NCBI GenBank assembly: GCA_963756875.1
Contig: CAVWPA010000003.1
Span: 672,001 to 736,000 of the forward strand
DNA from: an uncultured Verrucomicrobiae bacterium
Lineage (GTDB): Bacteria > Verrucomicrobiota > Verrucomicrobiia > Chthoniobacterales > UBA10450
Direction: 5' to 3'
Length of the DNA: 64,000 nt
Position numbers and translations under genes: made by a program. Under the pieces are notes generated by a model, which was not told the DNA's origin, searched no databases, and saw nothing but the letters and a program-made list of their open reading frames with translations. Shown here piece by piece: positions 20,863 to 33,100 of the stretch. The number at the start of each line of letters is the position of its first letter. Positions within the stretch are counted from its first letter, which is position 1.

Positions 20863-22446
20863 ATGCAACAGGCGGAAACCATCGTTCTCCTTTTCGCCGC
20901 CGTGGCGGCGCTGGCTGTCATCGCGCGCAAGATCAGTGTGCCATATCCGGTCCTGCTCGTTCTGGCCGGACTCGGCTTGAGCTTTGTACCGCGGCTGCCG
21001 GAAGTGAAGCTGAACCCCGACGTTGTCTTTTATTTTTTTCTGCCGCCGCTTATTTATCCCGCCGCGCTGTTCACGTCCTGGCGGGACTTTCGAAGAAACT
21101 TGCGTCCCATTCTGCTTCTCGCGATTGGCCTGGTGCTCTTCACGATGGGGACGGTCGCCTGTCTGGCGCATTGGCTCGTCCCCAATTTACCCTGGGCGGC
21201 GGCTTTTGCGCTCGGCGCAATCGTCTCGCCGCCGGATGCGGTCGCGGCCACCAGCATCATTCGACGGCTTTCCGTGCCGCATCGCATCGAAGCGATCCTC
21301 GAAGGCGAAAGCCTGGTAAACGATGCGACCGCGCTGGTCGCGCTGCAATTCGCAGTCGCCGCTGTAATGAGCGGCGGCTTTTCGATTGGAGGGGCGGCGC
21401 TGCGATTCGTTTGGGTCTCGGCGGGCGGCATCGCCTTTGGATTGCTTGTTGGTCTGATCATCCGCTGGGTGCACCGGCATTTGGATGATCCGCCGGTCCA
21501 GATCACCATCTCGTTGCTCACGCCGTTTGCCGCATATCTGCCGGCAGAAAGGCTGCATTTTTCGGGAATTCTCGCCACAGCAGCGGTTGGAATGTATCTC
21601 GGCTGGCATTCGCCGCTGATTGTTCGGGCGCGGTATCGGCTCCAGGCATTCGCTTTCTGGGAGATGGTTGTGTTTTTGCTCAACGGCTTTGTTTTCATCA
21701 CAATCGGTTTGCAGTTGCCGCGAATTTTGCTTGGGATACGGAGCGATTCACTTGGCACCTTGATTAACGAAGGATTGTTGATCAGCGGCGCGGTGGTATT
21801 GGTCCGTATCGCGTGGGTGTTTCCAGCCGCTTATCTGCCGCGCTTGTTTAGCAAAAAACTCCGGGCCCGCGATCCATTTCCGTCGTGGCAACAAATCGCC
21901 CTGGTTGCCTGGGCTGGCATGCGCGGAGTCATTTCGCTGGCGGCGGCATTTGCGCTTCCATTTGTTCTGATCGACGGGAGCGCGTTTCCCGGTCGCGATT
22001 ACATTTTATTTTTCACGTTTTGTGTCATCCTCGTCACGCTGGTTTTTCAGGGTCTCACCTTGCCGTTTGTTGTTCGGAAGCTCGGCTTGAAAGACGATGG
22101 GTCGACGGATGAGGAGGAACGGCGCGCGCGTCTTGCAGCCAACAAAGCGGCGCTGGAACAGCTCGGGAATGCGGCTGGCAACGAAGATTATCGAGAGGAT
22201 GTGATCGATCGTTTGCGCGCCGAGTACGATGACCGCATTGCACAACTCGAGCTTTGCGCGCAAAGCCCTGAGGATTGCAGCGGTGGAATCGCTACGCCGC
22301 AGTATCAGCGCCTTCAGCAGATTGCGCTCAACGTCGAGCGCCAGACCATTATTGCGCTACGCAACCAGCGAGTAATCAACGATATCGCGCTGCGCCGGAT
22401 TCAACGCGATCTCGATTTGGCCGAAGCGCGCCTGGGCGGGCCGTGA
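20863..22446 (+). CDS. Na+/H+ antiporter (CPA1, NhaP/YjcE-like)
   Basis: SPPDAVA, EGESLVNDA, GMRGVISLA. Confidence 0.93.
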   Translation: MQQAETIVLLFAAVAALAVIARKISVPYPVLLVLAGLGLSFVPRLPEVKLNPDVVFYFFLPPLIYPAALFTSWRDFRRNLRPILLLAIGLVLFTMGTVACLAHWLVPNLPWAAAFALGAIVSPPDAVAATSIIRRLSVPHRIEAILEGESLVNDATALVALQFAVAAVMSGGFSIGGAALRFVWVSAGGIAFGLLVGLIIRWVHRHLDDPPVQITISLLTPFAAYLPAERLHFSGILATAAVGMYLGWHSPLIVRARYRLQAFAFWEMVVFLLNGFVFITIGLQLPRILLGIRSDSLGTLINEGLLISGAVVLVRIAWVFPAAYLPRLFSKKLRARDPFPSWQQIALVAWAGMRGVISLAAAFALPFVLIDGSAFPGRDYILFFTFCVILVTLVFQGLTLPFVVRKLGLKDDGSTDEEERRARLAANKAALEQLGNAAGNEDYREDVIDRLRAEYDDRIAQLELCAQSPEDCSGGIATPQYQRLQQIALNVERQTIIALRNQRVINDIALRRIQRDLDLAEARLGGP

Positions 22447-22556
22447 ACGCTCGAACGTTTGCGAAGGCGCAAACGCCTCTACAACTGGCGAGAGAAGCGA
22501 GGAGAGTGAATGAGATTCCGAGCGGCCCTACAGCCAAGATGGCTGTGCCACGCTTT

Positions 22557-23765
22557 CTATCGCGACCAGCTTGGCTCGCTGATCCTGCCGAGGCCGTCGA
22601 TAATCTTGTTCCGATGGCCTGTAACGGTATCGAACAGGTAAATCGCGCTGCCGTCGGTGAAGATGATGTGTCGCGAGTCCGCGCCCCAGGCCGGATTTTC
22701 GCCGGCACAAACCACGCGCGTGCCGCCTCCGTTCAAATCGACAATCGCAACTTGAAATCCGCCGCCGCCACGGACATTGAATACAATTTTTTTTCCGTCG
22801 GGCGACCAATTTGGTTCGGTGCAATAACCGTGTCCGGTTGGGATCGGTTGCCCGGAGCCTCCGCCGGCTGAGATTCGGTATAGCTGCGGGCCGTGTCCGC
22901 CGTCGAACGAATATACAATTTCATCACCGCTCGGCGCCCATGACGGGCTGGATTCGACGCCGTGGGTGTGCGTCAATCGCCGTGCACCGCCGCCGCTCGC
23001 GCTGACAGTGTAAAGTTCCGGGTTGCCATCCCTGCTTACTGTGAGCGCAATGCGTCCGCCATCCGGCGAAAAGGCCGCGCCGCTGTTGGTGCCGGGGAAA
23101 TTGACAATTTTGTTTCGCGCGCCGGTCGCCAAATCGATCATGTAAACGTCTGGATAACCGCTTTGATAACCCGTGTAAGCAATGCGGCGGCCATCGGGGC
23201 TGATCGACGGATGCACGCTGATTACGCCGTCATGGGTCATTTGCCGGGCGTTCGAGCCGTCGTAATCGGCGACATACACTTCTTTTTTGCCGCTGCGCGT
23301 GGCGATGAAAGCGATCTTGCTGGTGGCGAAACCTTTATTGCCGGTCATCGTTTCGATGATGTCGTTGGCAAAACGATGCGCGTTTTCCCGCGCGCTTCCG
23401 CTGTAACTTTTTGAGAGCACCGTGCCGCCGCTGTGATCGGCCACTTCTCCCTGCAGGCTGCCGCCGCTGGCCGAGCCGCGCACCGTGTACGTGCCGTTGC
23501 CGGTCAATGTGAAATATCCAGAGAGCGCGAGATCGTTCTGCAATGTTCTTGTCACGGCCCCGCCGTCGCTTCCGCCGATGGGCGAAACGGTGAGATTGAT
23601 CTTCTCGCCCTTGCTGACGGTAATCGTCGGCACTTCCTCGCCACGCATCGGCCACGCACCGATCGACATCATCGCGAGCAAAATAAAAACTGACGTGCAA
23701 TTCGTCCCGCCACAGCGGGGACGGATTCGCTGCGGTGAACTTTTGACTTCTGATCTTTGCTTCAT
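22557..23765 (-). CDS. tolB: TolB beta-propeller protein
   Basis: PD40 repeats (SPDG), ADYDG; last gene of the tolQRA operon. Confidence 0.9.
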   Translation of the reverse strand: MKQRSEVKSSPQRIRPRCGGTNCTSVFILLAMMSIGAWPMRGEEVPTITVSKGEKINLTVSPIGGSDGGAVTRTLQNDLALSGYFTLTGNGTYTVRGSASGGSLQGEVADHSGGTVLSKSYSGSARENAHRFANDIIETMTGNKGFATSKIAFIATRSGKKEVYVADYDGSNARQMTHDGVISVHPSISPDGRRIAYTGYQSGYPDVYMIDLATGARNKIVNFPGTNSGAAFSPDGGRIALTVSRDGNPELYTVSASGGGARRLTHTHGVESSPSWAPSGDEIVYSFDGGHGPQLYRISAGGGSGQPIPTGHGYCTEPNWSPDGKKIVFNVRGGGGFQVAIVDLNGGGTRVVCAGENPAWGADSRHIIFTDGSAIYLFDTVTGHRNKIIDGLGRISEPSWSR

Positions 23766-24787
23766 TGTTCGGAACTTAATTCGAAATTAATTTTTACATC
23801 GTAATGGTCGCCGTTGGCGAGGCCATCTGGCAAAGGATCAACTTGCGTGACTCGCTTCGCAACCTCGCTCACCGATTCATCAACGATTTCATTTCCTGAC
23901 GGCTTGACGATTTCGAAACTGGAAATGCGGCCATCTTTCTCGATCCGCAATTTTGCCACCACGGAGAATTTTTCGCCCGAGGAGGCAACCGCGATGGGCT
24001 GCACCCAGTCGCTGTAAAGACGATCGTGCAACATGCTGCCGTACCAGCCGAATTGCGATTCGATGCTTCCGCCGCCGGAATGGCCGCCTGCGCCGGAAGA
24101 AGTCCCTTTGCCGCTGCCGGGATTAGCAGCCACAGCCTTTTTAATTTCCTCACCGGTTGAATCTGTTTTTCCAAGTGCGGCTTTTGCGATTCGCTTCTTT
24201 TCCGCGTCTGCTTCTGTCTCCTCTTTACTTTCTTCCTTCTTCTTTGCGATTCGTTTCGCTTTTGGTGACGGTTTCGGGGTTGCCTTGGCCAACAATTTTT
24301 TCGGAGGTGACTTCTTTTTCTTTTTCGGCTTTGGTTTCGATTTCGATTTCGCCTTTGGTTTTGGCCTCACCTTTTCTTTTGGGGTGGGTTTCGGCGTTAC
24401 TTTCGCCTTTGGAGTGGGAGTCGGTCTCGGCGTTGCCGTCGGTTCCGGGGAAGGTTTTCGCGTCGGCAGTTGGATATCGCTCCTGGCCGCGGTGAGAATT
24501 GGGCGGTCCTCCTCTTTTTTTTCTTCTCGCTTCTCTTCCTCCTCTTTCACCCGAGGCTCGGGCGTTGCTTCAACAGGAACAGGAGGAACACTGGCCTCGG
24601 CCAACTTTGGCGCCGCCATTTCCGCTCGGGCGACCGCGCCATCACCCGGACCGCCGCCCATCCAAACAATGCTGCTCGGGCCGGAGTGCTTTGGCTGGCG
24701 ACTCCAACGAATCAGCCCAATAATCAGAACAACGTGCGCCAGTCCGATAAGCGTGACGTTGCGCCAAAACCGCGCATTCTTCCGCAT
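23762..24787 (-). CDS. tolA: TolA/TonB-family energy transducer
   Basis: N-terminal TM with His, Pro/Lys-rich linker, TonB_C-like C-terminus. Confidence 0.8.
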   Translation of the reverse strand: MRKNARFWRNVTLIGLAHVVLIIGLIRWSRQPKHSGPSSIVWMGGGPGDGAVARAEMAAPKLAEASVPPVPVEATPEPRVKEEEEKREEKKEEDRPILTAARSDIQLPTRKPSPEPTATPRPTPTPKAKVTPKPTPKEKVRPKPKAKSKSKPKPKKKKKSPPKKLLAKATPKPSPKAKRIAKKKEESKEETEADAEKKRIAKAALGKTDSTGEEIKKAVAANPGSGKGTSSGAGGHSGGGSIESQFGWYGSMLHDRLYSDWVQPIAVASSGEKFSVVAKLRIEKDGRISSFEIVKPSGNEIVDESVSEVAKRVTQVDPLPDGLANGDHYDVKINFELSSEQ

Positions 24788-24790
24788 TCC

Positions 24791-25207
24791 CTACTTCGCC
24801 TCGCCTTTCGTCGCAATTCCTACTTTTGTGATCTGGGCCCGCTGCAGCGCATCCATCAACGACACCAATTTTTGCACCGGTAATTCCCGGTCCGGTCGGA
24901 TCACGACTGCCACGTCGGGGTTGCTTTGTTTCAACTCCGCCAACTGCGTAGCGAGCGTCTCTGGATCGACCGTTTGATCGTTGAGTTTGATCGTGTCGGT
25001 GCGGTCGATCGAGATGGTTTGCACCTGAGTCGAATTGATGGGCGGGTTTTTCTCGCTGCTCGAAGGAATCACCAGATTCATACTGCTCTCGAGCAACGGC
25101 GTCGTGATCATGAAAATGATGAGCAAGACAAACGCCAGATCAAGGAGCGGCGTGATATTGATCTCACTGAGCGACGAAAGACTCTGGCGCTGGGAGTAAC
25201 GTCTCAT
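24791..25207 (-). CDS. tolR: TolR/ExbD
   Basis: EINITPLLDLAFVLLIIFMIT. Confidence 0.88.
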   Translation of the reverse strand: MRRYSQRQSLSSLSEINITPLLDLAFVLLIIFMITTPLLESSMNLVIPSSSEKNPPINSTQVQTISIDRTDTIKLNDQTVDPETLATQLAELKQSNPDVAVVIRPDRELPVQKLVSLMDALQRAQITKVGIATKGEAK

Positions 25208-25959
25208 CTGCGAAAATCCGGCTCGCGCGCTGCGTGGTCGACATATTTATGCTCGAATTCGGACGCGAGCTCGGCTGCGAAATTGTCCATTTCCACGATC
25301 ATTCCGCGGATCCGCGTGACCAAAAAATTGTAGCCAAACATCGCCGGGATGGCGACGCACAGCGCGGTCACAGTCGTGATGAGCGCGCCGGAAACGCCGG
25401 GGGCCATCGATGCCAGATTCGGCGAACCGGCTTCCGCCACGCCGGTGAACGCGTCCATGACTCCCCAAACCGTGCCGAGCAATCCAAGAAACGGCGAACC
25501 GCTCACGGCCGTCGCGAGAAAAATCATTTGCGATTCGAGATCGAGCGCCGTTTCGCCCACCGCGCGTTCCATTGCCGCCCTCACCGCTCCCATCTGGGCC
25601 GGCGAAATCTTGTCCGCAATTCCGAGCCGCGCCTTGAAGGTTTCATCGACTTCCGCCGAGCCGAGCATGTGAAAAGTCATCTCTTCACAGCCGGCGCGAT
25701 AGACGCTGAAATTAGGCGAACCTGGGAAGCGCGCGTTCTTTTCGAACAAGCGAAGCGGTTGCCGGTCCTGGCGGAAGGCGGCGAGAAAACGCCCGTTTTG
25801 TTTTCGGGCAAACTGGATGACGCGCAGTTTCGTGATCATGACCGACCAGCTAAACACCGAGACCACTGCGAGAAGAGACAGGACCAGCTTGCCGGCAACG
25901 GTGGCGTGCTCGAATGCGAAGAGCAGACCGCCGGCCGCGACAAAATTCAAAATCAGCAT
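25204..25959 (-). CDS. tolQ: TolQ/ExbB proton channel
   Basis: SPFLGLLGTVWGVM, APGVSGALITT, AIPA. Confidence 0.88.
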   Translation of the reverse strand: MLILNFVAAGGLLFAFEHATVAGKLVLSLLAVVSVFSWSVMITKLRVIQFARKQNGRFLAAFRQDRQPLRLFEKNARFPGSPNFSVYRAGCEEMTFHMLGSAEVDETFKARLGIADKISPAQMGAVRAAMERAVGETALDLESQMIFLATAVSGSPFLGLLGTVWGVMDAFTGVAEAGSPNLASMAPGVSGALITTVTALCVAIPAMFGYNFLVTRIRGMIVEMDNFAAELASEFEHKYVDHAAREPDFRR

Positions 25960-26043
25960 GCCCGCTTCACCTGGGGGTAAGCATTAGCCGATTTCGGTGA
26001 AAGTGCCACCGAAAGTGAAACGCCGGGGCGAAGCACCAAAGCG

Positions 26044-26170
26044 AAGCACCAAGCTCCAATACCCAAGCACCAGAGAAGCACCAAACTCCAATATTCAAAT
26101 CGCTCGCGAGCGTTTTTGGAGTTTGGTTATTGGGATTTCTCTGGAGCTTGGTGCTTGGAATTTGGTGCTT
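26044..26170. repeat. Heptamer-built inverted repeat, AAGCACC family copy 2; supplies the lgt C-terminus and stop
   Basis: AAGCACCAAGCTCC...CAGAGAA ... TTCTCTGGAGCTTGGTGCTTGGAATTTGGTGCTT. Confidence 0.85.
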
Positions 26171-27101
26171 TGCCTAGTTGCTTTGGATACGTTGGCCGCA
26201 TTTTGGCCGCAACGATGAACGCAATGCCAATCGCGATGAGAAAGAACGAAAAGAATTGGCCGCGGGTGAACCCGGCAATCAATGCGGCATCCGGCTCGCG
26301 GAAATTTTCGATCACGATCCGGAAGATCGCGTAGCAGATAAAGAAGAGTCCGGTCAAAACGCCGTTGGGTTGCCGCGTTCGCGTTCGCACGAACCAGAGG
26401 ATTGCGAACAAAACAATGCCTTCGAAAAAGGCCTCGTAGAGTTGCGATGGATGTCGCGGAGTCAGGATGGAGCGTAAAATCTGTTTCACCTGCGGTTGCC
26501 GATGCACTGCGGCGATAATCGCATCCGGCGTTGTGAGAGCGGGACTGATTCGGATGCATTCCATGACCGCGCGATCCGCTTCCGCCGGATGGTCGAGCAA
26601 TTCTTTTGGGAACTGCATGGCCCACGAAACGTGCGTAACGCGCCCGTAAAGCTCGCCGTTGATAAAGTTGGCGCAGCGACCAAAGAACAGACCGATCGGC
26701 GTGGTAACGACCAGATTATCGCCCAGATTCAGCCAGGAAAGTTTGTGGCGGTGCGCAAAATAAAGGCTGAAAAGCAAAACACCGATCATGCCGCCATGGC
26801 TCGACATTCCGCCTTCCCAGACACGCAGGATTGACAGCGGTTCGCGCAACATCTCGGGCTTGTAGAAGAGCACGTAACCGAGACGGCCGCCGATGATCAC
26901 GCCGAAGAGCGCAACACCGGTGACGAAATCGGCCACCTTTTCGACGGGCAAATCCGCGTAACCGCGCTTCGCCAGAACACGAAGGAAAAGATAGCTGGCG
27001 ACAAACGCCAGCACATACGCCAGGCCGTACCAGCGCGGACCAACGTTGTCCCACAGGCGGAAGATCAACGGATTGAGATCGTGCAGATAGTAAGCGAGCA
27101 C
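26127..27101 (-). CDS. lgt: Prolipoprotein diacylglyceryl transferase
   Basis: RWYGLAY, GGMSSHGG, GRCANFINGELYGR, HPSQLYEA. Confidence 0.97.
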   Translation of the reverse strand: MLAYYLHDLNPLIFRLWDNVGPRWYGLAYVLAFVASYLFLRVLAKRGYADLPVEKVADFVTGVALFGVIIGGRLGYVLFYKPEMLREPLSILRVWEGGMSSHGGMIGVLLFSLYFAHRHKLSWLNLGDNLVVTTPIGLFFGRCANFINGELYGRVTHVSWAMQFPKELLDHPAEADRAVMECIRISPALTTPDAIIAAVHRQPQVKQILRSILTPRHPSQLYEAFFEGIVLFAILWFVRTRTRQPNGVLTGLFFICYAIFRIVIENFREPDAALIAGFTRGQFFSFFLIAIGIAFIVAAKMRPTYPKQLGKAPNSKHQAPEKSQ

Positions 27102-27171
27102 CGGCGCGAATTGTCACTGATGTTCGCGAAGCCCGCAATCAAAACACGCATTTCGTGGTAGCGATTACACC

Positions 27172-30100
27172 TCACTCCGTTCGGAATGACAGGACGTCTC
27201 GCAAAAACGGCGCGGTCCGGCTTATTCGGTTCTTCGCGACTTCCTCCGGTGTACCAAACGCCACAACCTCGCCGCCCTCAGCGCCCGCTTCCGGTCCCAG
27301 ATCGACGATGTAATCGGCTTCCGCAATCACGCTCAGGTTGTGCTCGATCACGATCACGGTATTGCCCTCGTCGACCAGTCGATGCAAAACCTTGAGCAGA
27401 AGGTCGACATCGGCCATGTGCAGGCCAATGGTCGGCTCTTCGAGCAAATACAACGTCGATCCCGGCTTGCGCATTTTACGGATGCGCTCGTTTTCCGCGC
27501 GGCCGACGCCGCGCTTGAGCTGCGTGACGAGCTTGAGCCGTTGCGCTTCGCCGCCGCTTAAGGTCGGACTCGGCTGGCCAAGTTTCAGATAGCCGAGCCC
27601 CGTATCGGCAAGCAACAAAAGAGGTCGCGCAATTTTCGGGTGCGCGGAGAAAAATCCAGCCGCTTCTTCGATCGTCATCTCCATCACATTGCCGATCGAT
27701 TTTTCGTTATAGAGAACTTCGAGCGTCTGCGGGTTGTAACGTTTTCCCCCGCAATCCTCACACGGCACCAGGGCGCTCGGGAGAAAATTCATCTCCAGTT
27801 TGATCACTCCCTGGCCTCTGCAGGTTTCGCAGCGTCCACCTTCCGCGTTAAAGGAAAAGCGGCTCGCTGAATAGCCGCGCACGCGTGCAACGGGCAGTTG
27901 CGCGTAAAGATCCCGGATCTCATCGAGGACCTTGATATACGTGCCGGGAGTTGAGCGCGAAGTCTTGCCGATGGGCGCCTGGTCGACTTCGTATACCGCC
28001 TCGATCTGATCCGTGCCGCTGACTGGAGGGACACGCTCTGTCGTGTCCCACTTTAGTTTCATTTGCTTGGACGCGACGGAGCGCGTCCCTCCATGCTCCA
28101 ATTGCTCGCGCACCGCAGGCAGCAGCACGTCGTGCATCAGAGTCGATTTGCCCGAGCCGGAAATGCCGGTGATAACCGACAGGCGGCCAATGGGGAATCG
28201 AACATCGACATCTTTTAAATTATTAACGCGCGCGCCGTGGATCTGGATCCAATGTTCCACATCGCCTAACGAACGACGCGACTTGCGAGTGGGATGACAA
28301 AGTGGCGTCTTCAGGCAACGCCCTGTTTCGGAGTCCGCGTTCTGTTTGATATCCTGGAACGTCCCGGTCGCCACGACTTCGCCACCGTGGATCCCGGCGC
28401 GCGGGCCGAGATCGATAATGTGATCCGCGCGCCGCATTGTCTCTTCGTCGTGCTCGACAATAACGAGTGAGTTTCCTTTTTCGCGCAGCGCCGTCAGCGT
28501 GTCGAGCAATCGCAAATTATCGCGAGGATGCAGACCGATGGTGGGCTCATCGAGCACGTAAAGAACCCCGCGCAAATTCGAACCGAGCTGCGCGGCAAGG
28601 CGGATCCGCTGCGATTCGCCGCCGCTCAATGTTTTTGCAGACCGGCCGAGCGGTAGATAACCGAGCCCGACATTTTCCATGAAATGCAATCGTTGTTGAA
28701 TCTCGGGGACCAGGTCCGCCGCGATTGTCTGGTGCGTTCCGCGGAAACGCAGCTTGTTAATCAACTGTGCGGCTTCGGCTGCGGAAAGACTTGTGAATTG
28801 ATCGATCGCGTAGTCCTGCACGCGGACGTGGCGGGCGACCGAATTCAATCGCGAGCCGTGGCAACTCGGACATTCGCGCGCCTCGCCTTCCTCGATCCAT
28901 TCCGATTCGCGCTCCGCCGCGAGCTCATTTTCCAGGTACCGACTCGCCGTCGTCGCTCTGCCCGGTTTGTAAATCCTGGTTCCAGATTTCGCCGAACCCA
29001 CCGCACTCTTCGCATGCGCCGTGCGGCGAGTTGAATGAGAACAATCGCGGATCGAGCTCTTCAAACGCGCGGCCGCACCCCGGGCAGCTCATTTCGGTGC
29101 TCATCACGGCCAGCCGATTTTTGGAATCGAGCAGATGCGCCGTGCCGCGGCCGATCTCAAGCGCGCGCTGGACGAGATTGCGCGCCTTTAAAATTCGCTT
29201 TGCATCGATCGATCCCACGACCACGTCGATGGTGTGTTCCTTGAACCGCTCGAGTTTTCGGAAATCGTCGATCGCAATCAGTTTGCCATCCACAAAAAGC
29301 GTTTCGAATCCCTGTCGCTCCGCCCAGCGCGCGACGTCGGTATGGAACCCTTTCCGGGCTTTGACCAGCGGCGCGAGCACCTTGAGCGGGCCGCGTCTTG
29401 CCGCGGCTTCGAGCTGTTTTACAATCGCGGCCGCGCTCTGTTTTTCGACCGGCAGATCGCAATCCGGACAAAACTGCGTTCCGGTTTTCGCAAAGAGCAG
29501 ACGCAGGAAGTGATACACTTCTGTCACGGTCGCCACCGTCGATTTCCCGCCGCCGCGCGTGACCCGTTGCTCGATGGCGACACTGGGCGGGAGACCTGCG
29601 ACCAGATCGACATCGGGCTTTTCAAGCTGCTCAACGAACTGCCGCGCGTAAGGCGACATGCTGTCGAGAAAACGCCGCTGGCCTTCCGCGAAAAGAATAT
29701 CAAATGCGAGCGTCGATTTTCCCGAGCCGCTCAAGCCGGTGATCACGACCATCTGGTCGCGCGGAATTTTCACGTCGATGTTTTTGAGATTGTGCTCGCG
29801 CGCACCGCGAATCTCGATCACGCCATTTGCTCTTGGATTGGTGAGCGCACGCGCCTCGCGTGCTCCGCTCGACGCCCCGCCGGGGGGCTCTTCGGCTGCA
29901 CGCAAATAGATGTCGTCTTCTTCGTCTTCGCTCGTGTACTTCGCGCGGGTTCGGAAAGTTTCCGGCGAGGCGCCGGAAGTCCGAGCCGGACTGGCGTTAG
30001 CACGCGAGGCGCGTGCGCTCCCCAGAATTGCCCGCAGAAATCTTCCGGTGTGCGATTCCTCGATCTTCGCGATTTGTTCCGGCGTTCCGGATGCGACCAC

Positions 30101-33100
30101 TTCGCCGCCTTCGTCGCCGGCCTCCGGGCCGAGATCGACGATGTAATCGGCGCATTTAATCACCTCGAGATTGTGTTCGATGACCACAATGGAATGACCG
30201 CGATCGACCAGCCGTTGAAAAAGATGCAACAGGATCGCGACGTCATCGAAATGCAATCCAGTGGTCGGCTCGTCGAATATGAAAAGGCTTCCAATTGGCG
30301 ATCTTCCTGTAGTGGCAGCCGTGCCGGCTGCGCCATTGTGACTTGCAGGCGACACGCCTGCCGCTACAGATTTTTCCGCAAGATGGCGCACTAATTTCAG
30401 GCGTTGCGATTCGCCGCCGGAAAGCGTGTTGAGCGGCTGGCCCAGCCGTAAATAGCCGAGTCCCACCTCCTCAAGCACGGCGAGTGGAGTTGACAATGCT
30501 TTCTTCTCGCCGATCTGCGCGAAGAAACGGATCGCTTCGCTTACCGTCATTTCGAGCAGATCGTGGATCGATTTGCCGTGAAGCTGGATTTTTAGCACGT
30601 GAGACTGAAAACGGCGGCCTTCGCATTCGGCACAACGTACGTAGAGATCGCTGAGAAATTGCATCTCGATTTTTTCGAAACCGGTGCCGGAGCAGCGCTC
30701 GCAACGTCCGCTGCCGGAATTGAACGAGAACGCGCTCGCCGTCAGGCCCTGCGACATCGCTTCCGGCTGCGCGGCGAACAGTTCGCGCACCCGATCATAC
30801 AAACCAAGATACAAAACCGGAGTGGAACGCGGCGTGCGCGCAAGTGGGGATTGATCGACCATCACCACTTCGTTGATGCGATGTGCGCCGGTGACGCTTT
30901 TGCAGGCGCCCGGTTCCTGATCCAGCGATTGACCCTTCGCGCGCAAAAGGTTCCGGTAAAGAACCTCGTGAACCAGCGTCGATTTGCCGGAACCGGAAAC
31001 GCCGGTTACGCATGTAAAATTTTTGAGAGGGAGATCGACATCGATCTTTTTCAGATTGTGCTCACGCGCGCCGCTGATTCGGATTGATGTCGTCGATTTC
31101 CGTCTCCGTTTCGGGACCGGAATCGATTTGCGGCCGGAGAGGTAATCGAACGTGAGGGATTGGGGAGCGCACGCGCCCCGCGTGCTGGCGATCGCGCCCT
31201 CGCGATCGCGAACTTTTTTCGATTGCGCAGCCTTGGGAGTCGTTACGTCTGAGGCATTTCGGCGAGGGCGCCGAAACGTGCACGCGAGGGCGCGTGCGCT
31301 CCCCGGATTTCCGTTATCGCGCGCAAGGAAATCGTTCAGCGGTCCGCTCCAAACCAGTTCGCCGCCCAGCTCGCCGCGGCCGGGCCCGAGGTCGATTAAA
31401 TTATCGGCGGCGCGGATGATTTGCTCTTCGTGTTCGACTACGAGCAACGTGTTGCCTTTATCGCGAAGATTGTGCATGACGCGGACGAGCCGGCCGACAT
31501 CGCGCGGGTGCAAGCCGACGCTCGGTTCGTCCATGACGAAAAGCGTGTTCACCAGCGAAGTGCCGAGACACGTCGTCAGATTTACGCGCTGCACTTCGCC
31601 GCCGCTCAATGTGCGCGTCGAACGATCGAGCGTCAGGTAACCGACGCCGACTTCGCATAAATAATTCAGACGCGCGCAAATCTCTCCGCGCAACATCTCT
31701 GTTGTGGAATCGTTAGGCGGAATTTCGATTCCCGACAGAAGATTGCGCGCCTCGGAAATGGAAAGCGCGGCGAATTCGGGAAGAGTGAACTGTAGCGGCG
31801 CTCTATGAGCGTCGCTTGAATTCATCCGACGGTCATAGACCGCCGCTACAGAAGAAATCTTATGATTGAGCGTTTCGGGCTGGAAGCGCGTGCCGTGGCA
31901 CTTCGGGCAGGTGGTGTATGCGCGATACCGGCTGAGCAAAACGCGCACATGCATTTTGTAAGTTTTGCTCTCGAGCCAGCGGAAAAATCCGCGCACGCCA
32001 TACCAGCGATCGTCTTCGTAATCTTCTTCCGTGTGGTCGCCGCGCTTTTCGCCACTGATGACAAAATCCTGGTCGACTTTTGGCAATTCTTCGAAAGGAA
32101 GATGGATGTCGATCTCCTCGCGCGCGCAGGCGCGAAGCAGGTCCTTTTGCGATTCGCCGAATTCTTCTCCTCGAAAAACGCGAACCACTCCCTGGGCGAT
32201 GCTCAAACTGCGGTCCGGGATGGCCTTGTTCAGATCGATCGCAATGGTGCGGCCAAATCCGCGGCATTCCGGACAGGCGCCGAGCGGATTGTTGAAACTG
32301 AAAAGGCCCGGCGTGGGCGGCCGGATATCGGTGTCGCAATGCGCGCAATGCCAGCCGGTGGAAAAGGGAAGCTGAGAGTTGTTAGTTGAGAGTTGAGAGC
32401 CCTCTTGAGTGAGCGCGATGACATTTACCTTGCCTTTGCCGAATCGCAGCGCGGTCTCGAGCGCTTCGGTCAAGCGCGCGCGATTCTCTGGCGCGATCGT
32501 GACGCGATCTTGAATGACCTGGACGCGCGCGCCCAATCGCAACTTCTTTGGAGCGGCGTCAGCGCGAACGATCTTGTTATCGATCCAGACGCGCAGATAG
32601 CCCTGTTGCTGTAGAAAATCGAAAAAGATGCGCGGCTCTGTCTTGGCGGGAACCGAAACCCAAAACGTGATCAGCGCGGTCTGGAGAGCGCACGCGCCTC
32701 GCGTGCTAACGCCAGTCCGGCTCGGACTTCCGGCGCCTTCGCCGGAAAGTTCCATAACAGGCGCCGGGGGCGCATTATTTTTTGATGAATGTGTTCGGCC
32801 GGGGCGCCGAACACTGCACGCGAGGGCGCGTGCGCTCCCCGGATGCGGCTGCGTCGTTTCCGTTTCCGCTGCGTATCCGAACGAGTCAAACACCTGATCG
32901 GCGATCGATTTGGCTGTTTCGGGGCGGATTTCGCGACCGCAGGTCGGACAAAAGGCGCGCGCGACTCGTGGCCACAACAGTTTCAAATAATCGTTGATCT
33001 CCGTCATCGTCCCGACGGTCGAGCGGGAACTCTTTACGGGATTCGATTGCTCGATGGCGATGGCGGGCGGAATTCCGCGGATCTCGTCTACGCGCGGCTT

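Noticed and set aside
28925..29064. Programmed ribosomal frameshift in uvrA
   Set aside because: No slippery heptamer at the junction; a single duplicated C matches the pattern of the other probable errors
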